This document shows, one piece after another, positions 1 through 10,070 of a stretch of DNA of 64,000 bases (its first letter is position 1; every line of letters begins with the position of its first letter). The DNA comes from Patescibacteria group bacterium (GTDB lineage: Bacteria; Patescibacteriota; UBA1384; XYA2-FULL-43-10; 1-14-0-10-43-13): positions 198,177 to 262,176 of the forward strand of contig JBAYVE010000001.1 in assembly GCA_041674765.1 (NCBI GenBank). Reading direction: 5' to 3'. Made by a program: the position numbers and the translations under genes. The notes under the pieces are model-generated. The model saw only the letters and a list, made by a program, of their open reading frames with translations. It searched no databases and was not told where the DNA came from.

Positions 1-420
1 GAGACGGATATTTTAGCGGTAGCCGATGGACGGATAATCAATATTCGCAAAAACCAGGACGGGCAATACATCGTCGAGCAGAGCCTCGGTCTCTATTATC
101 GGACAGCTTACCAAGAGCTCAATAAAATTGAGCCTGAAATCCGTTTTTTAGCAAAAGTAAAGAAAGGTCAGGTAATCGGACAAACCGGCCGGCCGCATGT
201 TGAAGGAATGGAGCTGCAAAGCGGTGGTCCTTCCAGGCAGATGCATTGGGATTTCGCTTCCTCCTCCATGCTGATTGACCGGCTCTGCCCTATTGGCTAT
301 TTTGATGCCGATTCGAGAGCAAGGATTGAAGCAATCTGGGCTCGCGTACCAGCCGATGATAAATTCAAAAAATTATACCCGGATATTTGCAGCGGATATT
401 TTAAGGACAGAGAGGATTAA
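1..420 (+). CDS. M23-peptidase-like protein, 5' truncated by window edge
   Basis: Frame 1 is open from base 1 (ETDILAVADGRIINI...KVKKGQVIGQTG...MHWDF...CPIGYF), resembling the M23/LytM barrel; similar to the C-terminus of 22137..23285. Confidence 0.6.
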   Translation, partial: ETDILAVADGRIINIRKNQDGQYIVEQSLGLYYRTAYQELNKIEPEIRFLAKVKKGQVIGQTGRPHVEGMELQSGGPSRQMHWDFASSSMLIDRLCPIGYFDADSRARIEAIWARVPADDKFKKLYPDICSGYFKDRED

Positions 421-701
421 GATAGAAAAGAAGCCAGAGTTGAAAGTTCGTAAAGTGCCCTCTTTCTGCAATTCCAGTTATTATTGCCTCTGTCCCCAAA
501 AAATGCTATAGTCCGATTAATTGGTTTAGATACTCCTGTTCTGCCCTTGGAACACTCAAAGGAGTCCAATATAGAACTCAAGGGCCCCAACTATTCAAAC
601 TTTGGCTTGTTTCTAAAGCTTGTCGAAGGGTCGAAATGAATAGTCTATCAGCCTAATTAGCGCAAGGATCAGGTAGTAAACTTCACTACCTGAAAGACAT
701 T

Positions 702-905
702 ATGGACAACAAAGAGTTCAACAAGGCATTTGATGAAGCTGTGAAGAAACAAATGCTCGAGGAACCGGAAATTTGGTGGAAGCCACGAAGAGCGCATTGG
801 GATGAATGGGGCTCGCCGGTAGGATTGTCACTCGGCTGGGCAATATTCATTGTCCCGCTCGGTGTATTCCTCTGGCTATTGCATCTTGCCGGACTCATTG
901 GCTAG
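702..905 (+). CDS. small membrane protein
   Basis: 67 aa with a C-terminal hydrophobic helix. Confidence 0.55.
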   Translation: MDNKEFNKAFDEAVKKQMLEEPEIWWKPRRAHWDEWGSPVGLSLGWAIFIVPLGVFLWLLHLAGLIG

Positions 906-1033
906 AAAAAGAAAATCGTCTCGACATTCGTCGGGACGATTTTAATTTGAAGTGCATTAATTGGCATGTTTTGAATGACATTTTCAGGACTTTCTTTTTG
1001 GTGTAAAATTGAATTAGAAGGTGAAACCAACAT

Positions 1034-1261
1034 ATGGATAGTCCAAAAGTTACACATCAAATAAACGAAAAGATATTTGAGTTACTCGATAAGCATCCGG
1101 AAGGGATACGATGGGTGGATTTGCGCCGAGAAATCGAGGCGTCGGATAAAAACTTCCATCCCAAAACGGTGAATGGACTTATCTGGAAACTAACTAATGA
1201 TTTTCCTGACAAAGTTTATAAACCATCAAAAGGAGTATTTAGGCTTTTGAAATATAAATGA
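1034..1261 (+). CDS. small winged-helix-like hypothetical protein
   Basis: 75 aa, IFELLDKHPEGIRWVDL...KPSKGVFRL wHTH-like pattern; RBS gaaggtg. Confidence 0.65.
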   Translation: MDSPKVTHQINEKIFELLDKHPEGIRWVDLRREIEASDKNFHPKTVNGLIWKLTNDFPDKVYKPSKGVFRLLKYK

Positions 1262-1299
1262 GCAATTTTATTTAGTAAGTGATAATTATTGGTTCAATT

Positions 1300-1630
1300 A
1301 TGAAAACAATTGACGAGTACATTTCCTCTTTTCCGGAGGAGAAGAGGGTAACACTTCAAAAGATTCGGCATATTATCAAGAAGGCTGTGCCGGAGGCCGA
1401 GGAAGCGATGGGCTACGGTGTGCCCGCCTTCAAACTAAGAGGAAAATATTTGATCTATTATGCCGCCTTCAAAAATCATATTGGGCTTTTATCCAACACC
1501 GGAAGCTATTGTCGCCTTTCAAGAAGAGCTCTCCAAATACAAGCAAAGCAAGGGAACGGTTCAATTTCCATTGGATGACTCCATTCCCTTTCAACTGATA
1601 GAAAAAATAGTTAAACATAGGGCAAGTTAA
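1300..1630 (+). pseudogene. DUF1801/YdhG-family protein with +1 frameshift
   Basis: MKTIDEYI...YAAFKNHIG; removing one G at ~1483-1485 continues FYPTPEAIVAFQEELSKYKQSKGTVQFPLD...*, the typical family C-terminus. Confidence 0.8.
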
Positions 1631-1784
1631 TCATTGCGATCTTCCTCATTGACACCATCTTGACCTCGTCCCATCGTCCGGCCCAGTTTATAACCAAATT
1701 TTTAATTAAGTCAGCTATCGTAGAAATAAAAAAAACTCGGTAATATATATTGAATACAAAATGGTAACGACATAATAATTAATG

Positions 1785-1841
1785 TCCTCCTTCGCCCATC
1801 CTTTGCTAAAGCTGCGATGGCAAAGTAATGCTACGGAGGAT
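1785..1841. repeat. nested CCTTCGC..GCTACGG palindromic element
   Basis: cctccttcgc[ccatcctttgctaaagctgcgatggcaaag]taatgctacggagg. Confidence 0.7.
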
Positions 1842-1873
1842 CTACGGTTGTAAAGCAACCTTGAGAGGGGAAA

Positions 1874-2902
1874 ATGAATGAAGAAGAAATAAGGCCTGAA
1901 GCTGATCTACTGGTGCCAAGCAAGAAGCCGGTTTGGCTCTTTGTTGTTATTGGCTTGATCATAATTGTCGGGGTTGGCATTTTGACATATTCGCTAGGTA
2001 AAGCAAAGCCGGCGAAAAACAGCGATGACAGTATTATTAAGACGGAAAATGAGACAAAGGATCTGCCGGCTGCTACTTCGGTTGACGACAGCCCGTACAA
2101 TTGGTCGACGATGGATCAGGGGCCATACAATGACAAGATTTCCTACGCCACAAGCACTGATCTTTTGAACTGGAAGGATTCCGGCAAGATTCTCGCCACT
2201 CATGCCAGCGTACCGGACTTAGTTATGAAAGACGGCACGATTTTTGCCTACTTTGTCGATGTTTCGACTGATGGCGTTGCCGAACAGACAGGGATGGTCA
2301 AATCAACAGATGGAGGAATTACCTGGAGCGAGAGGCAGATCATTAATATTGAGGGTATTGGTGACAAAGCGGTTGCTGATCCGGCTCCAATTTTATTGTC
2401 AGACGGACGAATCCGCCTTTTCTATTTTGATATCAAGGAAAATAGAATTAGGAAGCAAAAGGGACCTAGCACCAACAAAATTTACTCCGCCATTTCCTCC
2501 GATGGGGTAAATTTCACCCAAGAAGATGGCGTCCGGTTCGAGTACGAAATGGTTTTTGATCCCGATGTGATTAAAATCTCTGATAATTTATGGCGGATGT
2601 ATGTCGGAGACGGCGAGGGTCAAAAAGTTTTGTCGGCGACTTCGACTGACGGCCTGACCTTTACCTATGAGGGGATTGCTTTCTCTGGCGGAGCCATCCC
2701 GAATGTAATATTTGAGAATAACAGATATTATCTCTTTACAGTCGGCATCGAAATCTCTACTTCTCCTGATGGTAAAATATTCACAAAAGCTCCAAACCGT
2801 TTTGACAGTGGAAAACTAACTGCCGATCCTGGAGTTATCAAAATTGCTGAGGGCAAATATTTGATGGTCTACAAGACAAGCGAGATGAAGCCAAAAATAT
2901 AA
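1874..2902 (+). CDS. membrane-anchored beta-propeller protein (GH32/43/sialidase-like, BNR-like repeats)
   Basis: N-terminal TM; repeated SxDGxxW/F and DPxxIxLxDGRxRLF motifs; paralog of 13378..14388. Confidence 0.75.
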   Translation: MNEEEIRPEADLLVPSKKPVWLFVVIGLIIIVGVGILTYSLGKAKPAKNSDDSIIKTENETKDLPAATSVDDSPYNWSTMDQGPYNDKISYATSTDLLNWKDSGKILATHASVPDLVMKDGTIFAYFVDVSTDGVAEQTGMVKSTDGGITWSERQIINIEGIGDKAVADPAPILLSDGRIRLFYFDIKENRIRKQKGPSTNKIYSAISSDGVNFTQEDGVRFEYEMVFDPDVIKISDNLWRMYVGDGEGQKVLSATSTDGLTFTYEGIAFSGGAIPNVIFENNRYYLFTVGIEISTSPDGKIFTKAPNRFDSGKLTADPGVIKIAEGKYLMVYKTSEMKPKI

Positions 2903-3008
2903 TCATTTGAATGATTCTTCTACCAGCCTGTCTCTGATACATCGAAAGATATTTTGCATACCGTCTTCTGGATCTGCATTCAAGTCGGCGGACGCTGATC
3001 TATATGCC

Positions 3009-3911
3009 CTATGCTTTCTTTTCGCATTGAAATAGTTCGCCCAATGAAGAAGCGACTAAGTTTTCAGTCAATTTTCGAGAGCCAACCTTTATCGAAATTT
3101 CCTTTAAGTCTAGGAATCGGTCGGCTAGTCTTTTTTCAATGATGGCCACTTCCCGATCAATTTCCTCCAGAGTTTTTTTCGAATTATAAATCAGAGAAAA
3201 ACTGACAAAGTTATTCGATCCTAGCCTTCTTGTTTTAAGATCATCATATTTGATTTTGTTGGCTTCAAGCCACATCTTCAATCGTTCTCCGAGCTCCGGA
3301 TTCGATCGGTTTACCAGGGAGTCTGATACTTCATGACCCAGCTGCCAGGCTTCATAGAAAATATAAAGACCTAGGAGAATAGCCAGGACAGAATCGGCAA
3401 AATTATAGACCGAAATCAGTGCGAGCCCCAGGAAGAGGACAGCTGATGTCAGGCCATTTATCCTGGAATGTTCGGCATCTGAGATAAGCGCTATCGATGC
3501 ATATTTGCTGCCATAGTAAAACTTTAATCTGGCCATTATCTCATTGACGATAGCTGAGGCAAACATGACAACGAGGCTGAAATAGGTGAAAGTGGCATTG
3601 AATCGATGATCTACTAGAGTGGAGATCGCTTCAAAGATAATCCAGCCGCTAGCAGCAAAAAGCAACAAAATAATGGTAGAACGGATATATTTTTCGTATT
3701 TTTGTTGCTTTGCAATTCGTTCCTGACTTGGAACCCTAGTTTCAAGCCGGATGCCGAAATAAGCAATTATCGAAGAAAAAGCATCTAACAAGGAGCGGAC
3801 GGACTCGGTGATCAGAGATAGACAACCACTAAAAATACCTGCCAACAGTTTAATAATTGCAAGTAAAAGATTAATAAGAACAGACCACAATGCCAGATCT
3901 TTCGGTTTCAT
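3009..3911 (-). CDS. cation diffusion facilitator (FieF-like) transporter
   Basis: 6 TM helices, SIALISDAEHS motif, C-terminal dimerisation domain. Confidence 0.85.
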   Translation of the reverse strand: MKPKDLALWSVLINLLLAIIKLLAGIFSGCLSLITESVRSLLDAFSSIIAYFGIRLETRVPSQERIAKQQKYEKYIRSTIILLLFAASGWIIFEAISTLVDHRFNATFTYFSLVVMFASAIVNEIMARLKFYYGSKYASIALISDAEHSRINGLTSAVLFLGLALISVYNFADSVLAILLGLYIFYEAWQLGHEVSDSLVNRSNPELGERLKMWLEANKIKYDDLKTRRLGSNNFVSFSLIYNSKKTLEEIDREVAIIEKRLADRFLDLKEISIKVGSRKLTENLVASSLGELFQCEKKA

Positions 3912-3980
3912 TTATACTATTATATGCTTCTTTTTAGCAAAAAAGTAGTATACCTTCAGAGTCACTTATCTATTCATTAT

Positions 3981-5381
3981 TTAAAAGTAAAGATCTCGTT
4001 CGCCTAATTCGAGTTTTTGTAGGCGTTCCCTGGTTTTATTTGCCACTTCTTTTGAGGGGATTAATCCTAAATATTTTTGGATGATGTTTTCACCTTTCCT
4101 CTTAACTTCCGGCGTAGCAAAATCGATCAAGTATTCCTTGAACGTAAGAATTGCATTTGGACGGCAGAAATTATGGATATTTCCAGGCTTCGCTATCTCC
4201 ATAAAATCTTTGCCGGTACGGTGGCTTCGATAGCAAGCGGTACAAAAAGAGGGGAGCAAGCCCTGCTTCAGGAGGCCTTCGACTACTTGATCCAGTGTCC
4301 GTTCATCGTTTACGACGAATTGAACTTCATGATCGGGGATCAAACTTTTATCTTTTTTTTCGCTATATCCGCCAACTTCGACACGGGAGGCGGCACTAGT
4401 CTGAGAGATGCCAAGCTTGAAAGCTTTTAATCTGGTTTCTGGTTTTTCTCTGGTCGAGATAATCATCCCAGTATACGGGACAGCCAGACGTAGGATAGCA
4501 ATAATTTTTAGCAGTTCATCTTCGGTGACAGGATATGGTGGCTTGAAATCGACAGTTGCAGCCGGCCTGAAACGGGGGACTGAGATAGTATGAGGGCCGA
4601 CGCCAAAAACCTTGTCCATATATTGGGCATGTGAGACAAGAGCCAAGACTTCAAATTGCCAATCATAAAGACCGAAAAGAACGCCGATGCCGAGATCGTC
4701 GATTCCGCCGGCAAAAGCATTGTTATGAGCAAAAAGCTGACGTTCATATTCTGCCTTGGGACCATTATGTAACTTCTCAAAAGTTGGCCTGTGATAAGTT
4801 TCCTGGAAAAGTTGATAGGTGCCGATCCCTGAATCTTTCAATTTTCGATAATTTTCCGCTGTAGTGGCAGCGATGTTTACATTAACACGGCGAATTTTGT
4901 TCGGTCCGACATTTACCTTATAGATCTCGTTGATGACCTTAACAACATAATCAATAGGGCATTCAAGAGGATGTTCGCCAAATTCCAAAAGTAGACGCTT
5001 ATGTCCCATTTTGATTAGGATCTCTGTCTGTTCGCGAACTTCTTGCAGAGTTAATTTTCGCCTTGGCAGGTTGTTCCTTCGGTGAAAGCCGCAATATTCG
5101 CAGTCGTTGACGCAAAAATCAGAGACATAGAGCGGGGCAAAAAGAACGATCCGTTCGCCATAAATTTCCTGCTTGATTTTCCAGGCTGTATCGAAGATCT
5201 CTTTGATTAATTTTGGTTCTTTGCAACCGCAAAGTAAACCGACCTCGGAGAGGGTGAGCCCTTTTTTCTTTTCCGCTTTCCTTAGAATAGCCTTGATTTG
5301 TAGTGGTTTTGGATTCGATGACCGCTTCAAGACATCATCAATCAGTTGTTCATCAATAACTTCTTTTACGTTTTTTCCCAT
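3981..5381 (-). CDS. hydG: [FeFe]-hydrogenase maturase HydG (radical SAM tyrosine lyase)
   Basis: FAPLYVSDFCVNDCEYCGF, GIGTYQLFQETY, GPHTISVPR, C-terminal PSFCTACYR...FCRPNA and GERDLYF; the C-terminal cluster domain separates it from ThiH. Confidence 0.92.
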   Translation of the reverse strand: MGKNVKEVIDEQLIDDVLKRSSNPKPLQIKAILRKAEKKKGLTLSEVGLLCGCKEPKLIKEIFDTAWKIKQEIYGERIVLFAPLYVSDFCVNDCEYCGFHRRNNLPRRKLTLQEVREQTEILIKMGHKRLLLEFGEHPLECPIDYVVKVINEIYKVNVGPNKIRRVNVNIAATTAENYRKLKDSGIGTYQLFQETYHRPTFEKLHNGPKAEYERQLFAHNNAFAGGIDDLGIGVLFGLYDWQFEVLALVSHAQYMDKVFGVGPHTISVPRFRPAATVDFKPPYPVTEDELLKIIAILRLAVPYTGMIISTREKPETRLKAFKLGISQTSAASRVEVGGYSEKKDKSLIPDHEVQFVVNDERTLDQVVEGLLKQGLLPSFCTACYRSHRTGKDFMEIAKPGNIHNFCRPNAILTFKEYLIDFATPEVKRKGENIIQKYLGLIPSKEVANKTRERLQKLELGERDLYF

Positions 5382-5473
5382 AAGACCATCATAGTGGAAA
5401 AATGATTAAGATGGAAGCAAACAAAAAAACCGCTCGTTGCGAGGCGGCATTTTGTTAGCGAAGATAGGCTTTT

Positions 5474-5692
5474 CTACATTTTTAGCCATTCTAAGACTTT
5501 GTATATTACGATTGCCGGCCACACGATGGCTTTTAGAACTCCGAGTACTCCCATACCAAAAGTATCAGCGTTTTGAATAAAATATATTACAGCACCGATA
5601 AAGCCCAAGCCATAGACAGCCCCTGGGGTGTTGCCGTAGTTAACTGGCTTTCTCTCTTTACAACAATCGTTTTTTGTAATTTCCTCTGCCAT
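5474..5692 (-). CDS. small two-TM membrane protein
   Basis: GAVYGLGFIGAVIYFIQ...LKAIVWPA; RBS aggag. Confidence 0.75.
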   Translation of the reverse strand: MAEEITKNDCCKERKPVNYGNTPGAVYGLGFIGAVIYFIQNADTFGMGVLGVLKAIVWPAIVIYKVLEWLKM

Positions 5693-5804
5693 CAGAACTC
5701 CTTTTTAATTTATTTTATTATAAACTATTTTTCGGTTCATCAATATATGATTTGTCCTGAAAATTAGAGGTTCTGATTTTAGGGCAGAGTCTACTAAATA
5801 AAAA

Positions 5805-5832
5805 TGTGCCTTCCGACGATGTCGGAAGGCAC
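5805..5832. terminator. intrinsic terminator hairpin downstream of 5847..6422
   Basis: gtgccttccgac-gat-gtcggaaggcac with adjacent A tract. Confidence 0.7.
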
Positions 5833-5846
5833 GGGATCGGTCGAAG

Positions 5847-6422
5847 CTAGGCTAGCTCTTGTAGGTAATCAAGGTTGGCCGCAACTTGTTTTCTCCTAGC
5901 TTGTAGCACCTCGGCTCTAGCAAGGAGCGGTTTGAGTTCGACATCAATGTCCGACAATTCTTGTTGGTTGCAACTAATCAGAAAATTTTTAGCAGCTTCA
6001 GAGGTTAGCTCAGTCTGAACAGCTTCCGGATTAGCCTCTATTGTCGGCTTTACTGCTGTCGGAGTATGGTTCTGTTTTTTCCTCCTCAACAAAGGAGTTC
6101 GCTGCTTGATTGCTTTATAAACTTCCTTCACTACAAAGTTGGATGGGATATCCAGCTTTATCTTCAAACAAGTACTATTATCTCCAGGCTGGACATGAAG
6201 AAAAAGCCAATGCTCCCTCTCATACGGATAACCAGTTACTTTTAATTTTCTGGCACCCATATGGGCGGTACCTTTTTCGTTTGAGATAATCATTCCGGTG
6301 AATAACATCTCATGATCGGGATAGATCTGGTTTAGGATCTGTGCTATTTCCTGTTCATAATCAGGGATAGAAAAGTCCTCCATCGTGTGACTGTTACCAA
6401 CACGTAGTACAACTTTGACCAT
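5847..6422 (-). CDS. hypothetical protein, C-terminal coiled coil
   Basis: 191 aa ORF, RBS aaggag, own terminator. Confidence 0.7.
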   Translation of the reverse strand: MVKVVLRVGNSHTMEDFSIPDYEQEIAQILNQIYPDHEMLFTGMIISNEKGTAHMGARKLKVTGYPYEREHWLFLHVQPGDNSTCLKIKLDIPSNFVVKEVYKAIKQRTPLLRRKKQNHTPTAVKPTIEANPEAVQTELTSEAAKNFLISCNQQELSDIDVELKPLLARAEVLQARRKQVAANLDYLQELA

Positions 6423-6675
6423 TGCTATTGCTCCTTCTGGGGAATTTGCTCTTCAAATGGAAGAACAGTCTATTTTGTTATATCGAACATGTTAAGTCAA
6501 GCAATATAAAGCTGTATATGCAGTTATGGAGGTAGCGGATACTTAAAAGCCGATTAAAAGTTTTGTCAAAAAAATAATAATTATTGTCCCAAAATAGTAA
6601 CATTCTCCAATTCTTGTGATGGCAAGATGGTTTAGATTACTAGAAGAACGATTGGGCCATATGAAGGAGGTATCT

Positions 6676-7200
6676 ATGGCGAAATTAGTTCTTGCTATCG
6701 TAATTGCGGTAGCGCTTGTCGGTGTTTTCGGTTGCGACGGCGGTGATAGCGATAGCGTCCCCACGCTAAAGGGAGTCGCCAATATTCATGCGGAAAGCGT
6801 GAAGCCGAGGGTCGGGGCGCTCGCGCTGAATTCACAGAGCGAATTCTATTCCGTAACTTCGACAGGCACCAAGAAATCCAGCAGCGGTTGGCAGGATGTG
6901 AACTTCACGCTTCCGCTACCCATCGGACGTTCGCGCGAAGTCTATGCGCTCGCGGCGTACAATGATCTCGATGGCAATCAGGCCTATGAGACCGGTGAAC
7001 TGCTCGGATTTTGCAGCCACTTCCTGGTCGGTCCGGACTCGGACGGCAAATTCCAGATCGTCAGCTCTGGAAATCAGGTCATCAAAGCTGACGCCACTAA
7101 ATGCTCGGGTCGCGATGTTTACATTGATTGTCTATTCACCAAAAAAACATCCGTCCAGGACATCGTCGAGAGCTACAAAAAGATTCAGAGTGCCTTGTAG
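6676..7200 (+). CDS. putative lipoprotein/secreted protein
   Basis: RBS aaggagg then MAKLVLAIVIAVALVGVFGC lipobox-like signal. Confidence 0.7.
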   Translation: MAKLVLAIVIAVALVGVFGCDGGDSDSVPTLKGVANIHAESVKPRVGALALNSQSEFYSVTSTGTKKSSSGWQDVNFTLPLPIGRSREVYALAAYNDLDGNQAYETGELLGFCSHFLVGPDSDGKFQIVSSGNQVIKADATKCSGRDVYIDCLFTKKTSVQDIVESYKKIQSAL

Positions 7201-7361
7201 CATTCTGGCGGCTTCTGCCGCATTTTCCGGTGCCGCCCCATGTCGGGCGGCATCTTTTGTGATTTCCTTATTCCTCACTAGAAACTCATCTTATGATAAA
7301 ACAAAACTTCAATTATAAAAAATCCGGATCGCCCCAGAAGGGTGGGGCGATCCGGCAGGTA

Positions 7362-7754
7362 TTAGAAGCGTCCATCGAAGAGGCGCTTTCTGAAAGGGCG
7401 GCCATCGATTTGCTCCATCTTGTAGAGAATATATCTCTTGCCGATTCTCCAAAAAGGGATATGAATCGAGAGATGATAGACAATCGTCTCACGGTCTTTA
7501 AAACGGTTGGCCATTTGTGCGATAAGGAGACTCGGATAATCGCCGAAGAAAACGATCATCAGGGATTTTGCTGGTAGGGCATTTCTCTCCAGACCGAATA
7601 AACTATCCGGTGATAGGATTTTGAGTTCGCCGACATCCTCAATCAAATGCCATTCTATCGCTTGGAGTAAAACGCGGCGGCTTAAGGAAAACCTCATATC
7701 AACCTGTTGTGCCCTCATTGAGTCGTGGATAATGAACATACTCATAATAGGCAC
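7362..7754 (-). CDS. hypothetical protein
   Basis: Strong RBS aggaggga before GTG; hairpin 7323-7355 downstream. Confidence 0.55.
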   Translation of the reverse strand: MPIMSMFIIHDSMRAQQVDMRFSLSRRVLLQAIEWHLIEDVGELKILSPDSLFGLERNALPAKSLMIVFFGDYPSLLIAQMANRFKDRETIVYHLSIHIPFWRIGKRYILYKMEQIDGRPFRKRLFDGRF

Positions 7755-7925
7755 CTCCCTCCTGTAAAATAATCTTTATTAGTGCAAAAATAATTGGACT
7801 AATTTCCAAAGAGTATGTTTTTGGCGATATGTATTTCTTCACATACTTTCTTGTTGTCTGTTATTCTTCTGGCTACCTCTGATACAATATAAACATCTTA
7901 ATTATGCTTATTGGGAGATTTCAAG

Positions 7926-10040
7926 ATGAGGGGAAAAATAAGAATCAAGTTGCCGCTCTGGGCAAAAATCACTCTGGGTGCGCTGGCTTTGATGATCTGC
8001 TTATTAATAGCGCTATCTATAATTATGCGCCTTTCTCCAATCAAGATCGGCGTACTTTTGAATCTGAGCGGACCGGAGTCTTTGCCCTATAGACAAGTTC
8101 TTGAGTGGGCCCGTGAAAACACTGGCCGGAATATCGAGCTTGTTTATGTCGACTCGAATGGCGGCGATATTATGGAAAAAGCCAAGACGCTTTTGGACGA
8201 TCACAGCATTCGTGTGGTGATCGGACCGCAAAACTCTGACGAAGCGATGGCCTTGGCTCCGCTCTTTATTGAAAAGAAGAAATTGCTAATCAGTCCGACC
8301 ACTACCTCTGGCGATCTCTACCGGGCGTTCGCAGGAGAGGAATATTTCTGGCGGACAGTCGAATCAGATGTGGCTCAAGCCAGAACAATTATGGATATTC
8401 TGGCCGAGAAGGGCACAAAAAAAGTCGCTCTAGTCTATGCCGACACTTCTTATGGCAAAACTTTTTACGATTGGATCGGCTTCTATGCGACTGAAAAAAA
8501 TATTGAGGTGACTTCGATTCAGGCGCTAAAGACAAACCCGGATTATGATACTTTGGCCGCCAATGCGGCCATGGGCGAGCCCGACTATATTATTTTGACT
8601 ATGCCTCCCAAAGATTCGATCGAGCTGAAAAACCGCTTCGACAAAAACAACGTAAAATCGAAACTTTTTCTAACTGACTTGAGTCAATTTGATTCTCTGA
8701 TAGCAGAGCTTGGCGAGAGAGCTGAGGGCTTAGAATCTACCGGCCCTTCAACTGATCCAGAAAGCGGATTTGAGAAAGCTTACAGGGAAAGATTTAGTGA
8801 AGACCCGCCGATCATGATGGCTTCGACCTATGACGCCTTTATGATGGCGGCTACAACTCTCGCGAGACAAGAATACGCTCATAGATATTCACTTCTACCT
8901 TTTTCCGTCAAGGAGAATACTGCTACATCTCTTAAGCAAATTCTTTTTGGTGATATTGGCGGCAATGAATTTCGCTGGGATGAACTTGGACCAATGCTTG
9001 ATGATATTGGCCGCGGCAATATTCCTACATTGACAGGCGCTACCGGCATCGTTGCCTACGACAAAGAGAAAGGGGTTGATCCGGTCGGCACCTTTTACGC
9101 TTACTCGATTGTGAAAGACGGCAAATTCCACATCGAGCGCTTGATTTCCGCCAACAAGGGCAGAACCGTTTCGGCCGCCGGCACTATTGCAAGCGATCAT
9201 TTGGCCTATATTTCCGATACTGATACACAAACCAATTTGCCGGAGAAGAAGGATCTGCAAGCCGTTATCATTGCCACGACCGACCAATGGCAAAACTATC
9301 GCCATCAATCCGACGCCTTTGCCATGTATCAGCTGCTTAGAAGTAATAATGTCCCTGATGATAAAATCACACTCTTTTTGATCGACGATATCGCAAATTT
9401 TTCGAAAAATAATCCAAAACCCAGTCTCTTCCATATCAAAGACGGCTCGGATAATTACTCAAGCTCGGCAATTGATTTTTCGGGGGATAAAGTGACGGCC
9501 GAGAATCTAAAACAAACTCTTCTAAATTTGGACAGCGACAACCAAACAAATTTACTGGTTTATGTTGCCGGCCATGGCGGGACGGGTAGCAATTCTACTG
9601 ATTCAGCCAATAATCAGCTTGGAGATGAGGGGATCATCCGCTTCTCCAATGGCAATAATATGACCTCGACCGAATTAAAATCCGTCATTGAAGAAATGGC
9701 TGGCAAGCAAAAATACCGCCAGATGATGGTAGTCTTAGAGACCTGTTTTAGCGGCGCAATGGGTAAGGATATCACAACTCCAAATGTCCTCTTTATGACT
9801 GCGGCCTCCGATCAGGAGGTCTCCTATGGCGCCAACTATAGCCCGAAGATCAAACAGTGGCTCGCAGATAATTTTACTTACCAATTAATCGCCCAAATCA
9901 ATAAGGATCCCGAATCTTCAATCGCCGACCTTTACAGTAAGGTGTACAAAAATGTCCCCGGCTCCCATGTAACGCTATTGAATTGGAAAAACTTCGGCAA
10001 CCTGACAAAAACACCGATCAGCAGCTTCTTGAGACCGTAA
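7926..10040 (+). CDS. ABC-type substrate-binding (PBP1) domain fused to C13 legumain/GPI8-family cysteine peptidase
   Basis: N-terminal TM; IKIGVLL..VVIGP..YFWRT..YDA PBP1 pattern; C13 motifs WQNYRHQSD, catalytic GHG and ETCFSG. Confidence 0.88.
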   Translation: MRGKIRIKLPLWAKITLGALALMICLLIALSIIMRLSPIKIGVLLNLSGPESLPYRQVLEWARENTGRNIELVYVDSNGGDIMEKAKTLLDDHSIRVVIGPQNSDEAMALAPLFIEKKKLLISPTTTSGDLYRAFAGEEYFWRTVESDVAQARTIMDILAEKGTKKVALVYADTSYGKTFYDWIGFYATEKNIEVTSIQALKTNPDYDTLAANAAMGEPDYIILTMPPKDSIELKNRFDKNNVKSKLFLTDLSQFDSLIAELGERAEGLESTGPSTDPESGFEKAYRERFSEDPPIMMASTYDAFMMAATTLARQEYAHRYSLLPFSVKENTATSLKQILFGDIGGNEFRWDELGPMLDDIGRGNIPTLTGATGIVAYDKEKGVDPVGTFYAYSIVKDGKFHIERLISANKGRTVSAAGTIASDHLAYISDTDTQTNLPEKKDLQAVIIATTDQWQNYRHQSDAFAMYQLLRSNNVPDDKITLFLIDDIANFSKNNPKPSLFHIKDGSDNYSSSAIDFSGDKVTAENLKQTLLNLDSDNQTNLLVYVAGHGGTGSNSTDSANNQLGDEGIIRFSNGNNMTSTELKSVIEEMAGKQKYRQMMVVLETCFSGAMGKDITTPNVLFMTAASDQEVSYGANYSPKIKQWLADNFTYQLIAQINKDPESSIADLYSKVYKNVPGSHVTLLNWKNFGNLTKTPISSFLRP

Positions 10041-10070
10041 TACTGATTCAGGAGAATACCCTCCTTACCT

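Noticed and set aside
3981-5381. ThiH call
   Set aside because: Length and the C-terminal CxxC-x22-C domain indicate HydG; no thi genes nearby.
7293-7577. + strand 94-aa ORF
   Set aside because: Runs through a terminator hairpin and overlaps 7362..7754 (-), which has the strong SD.
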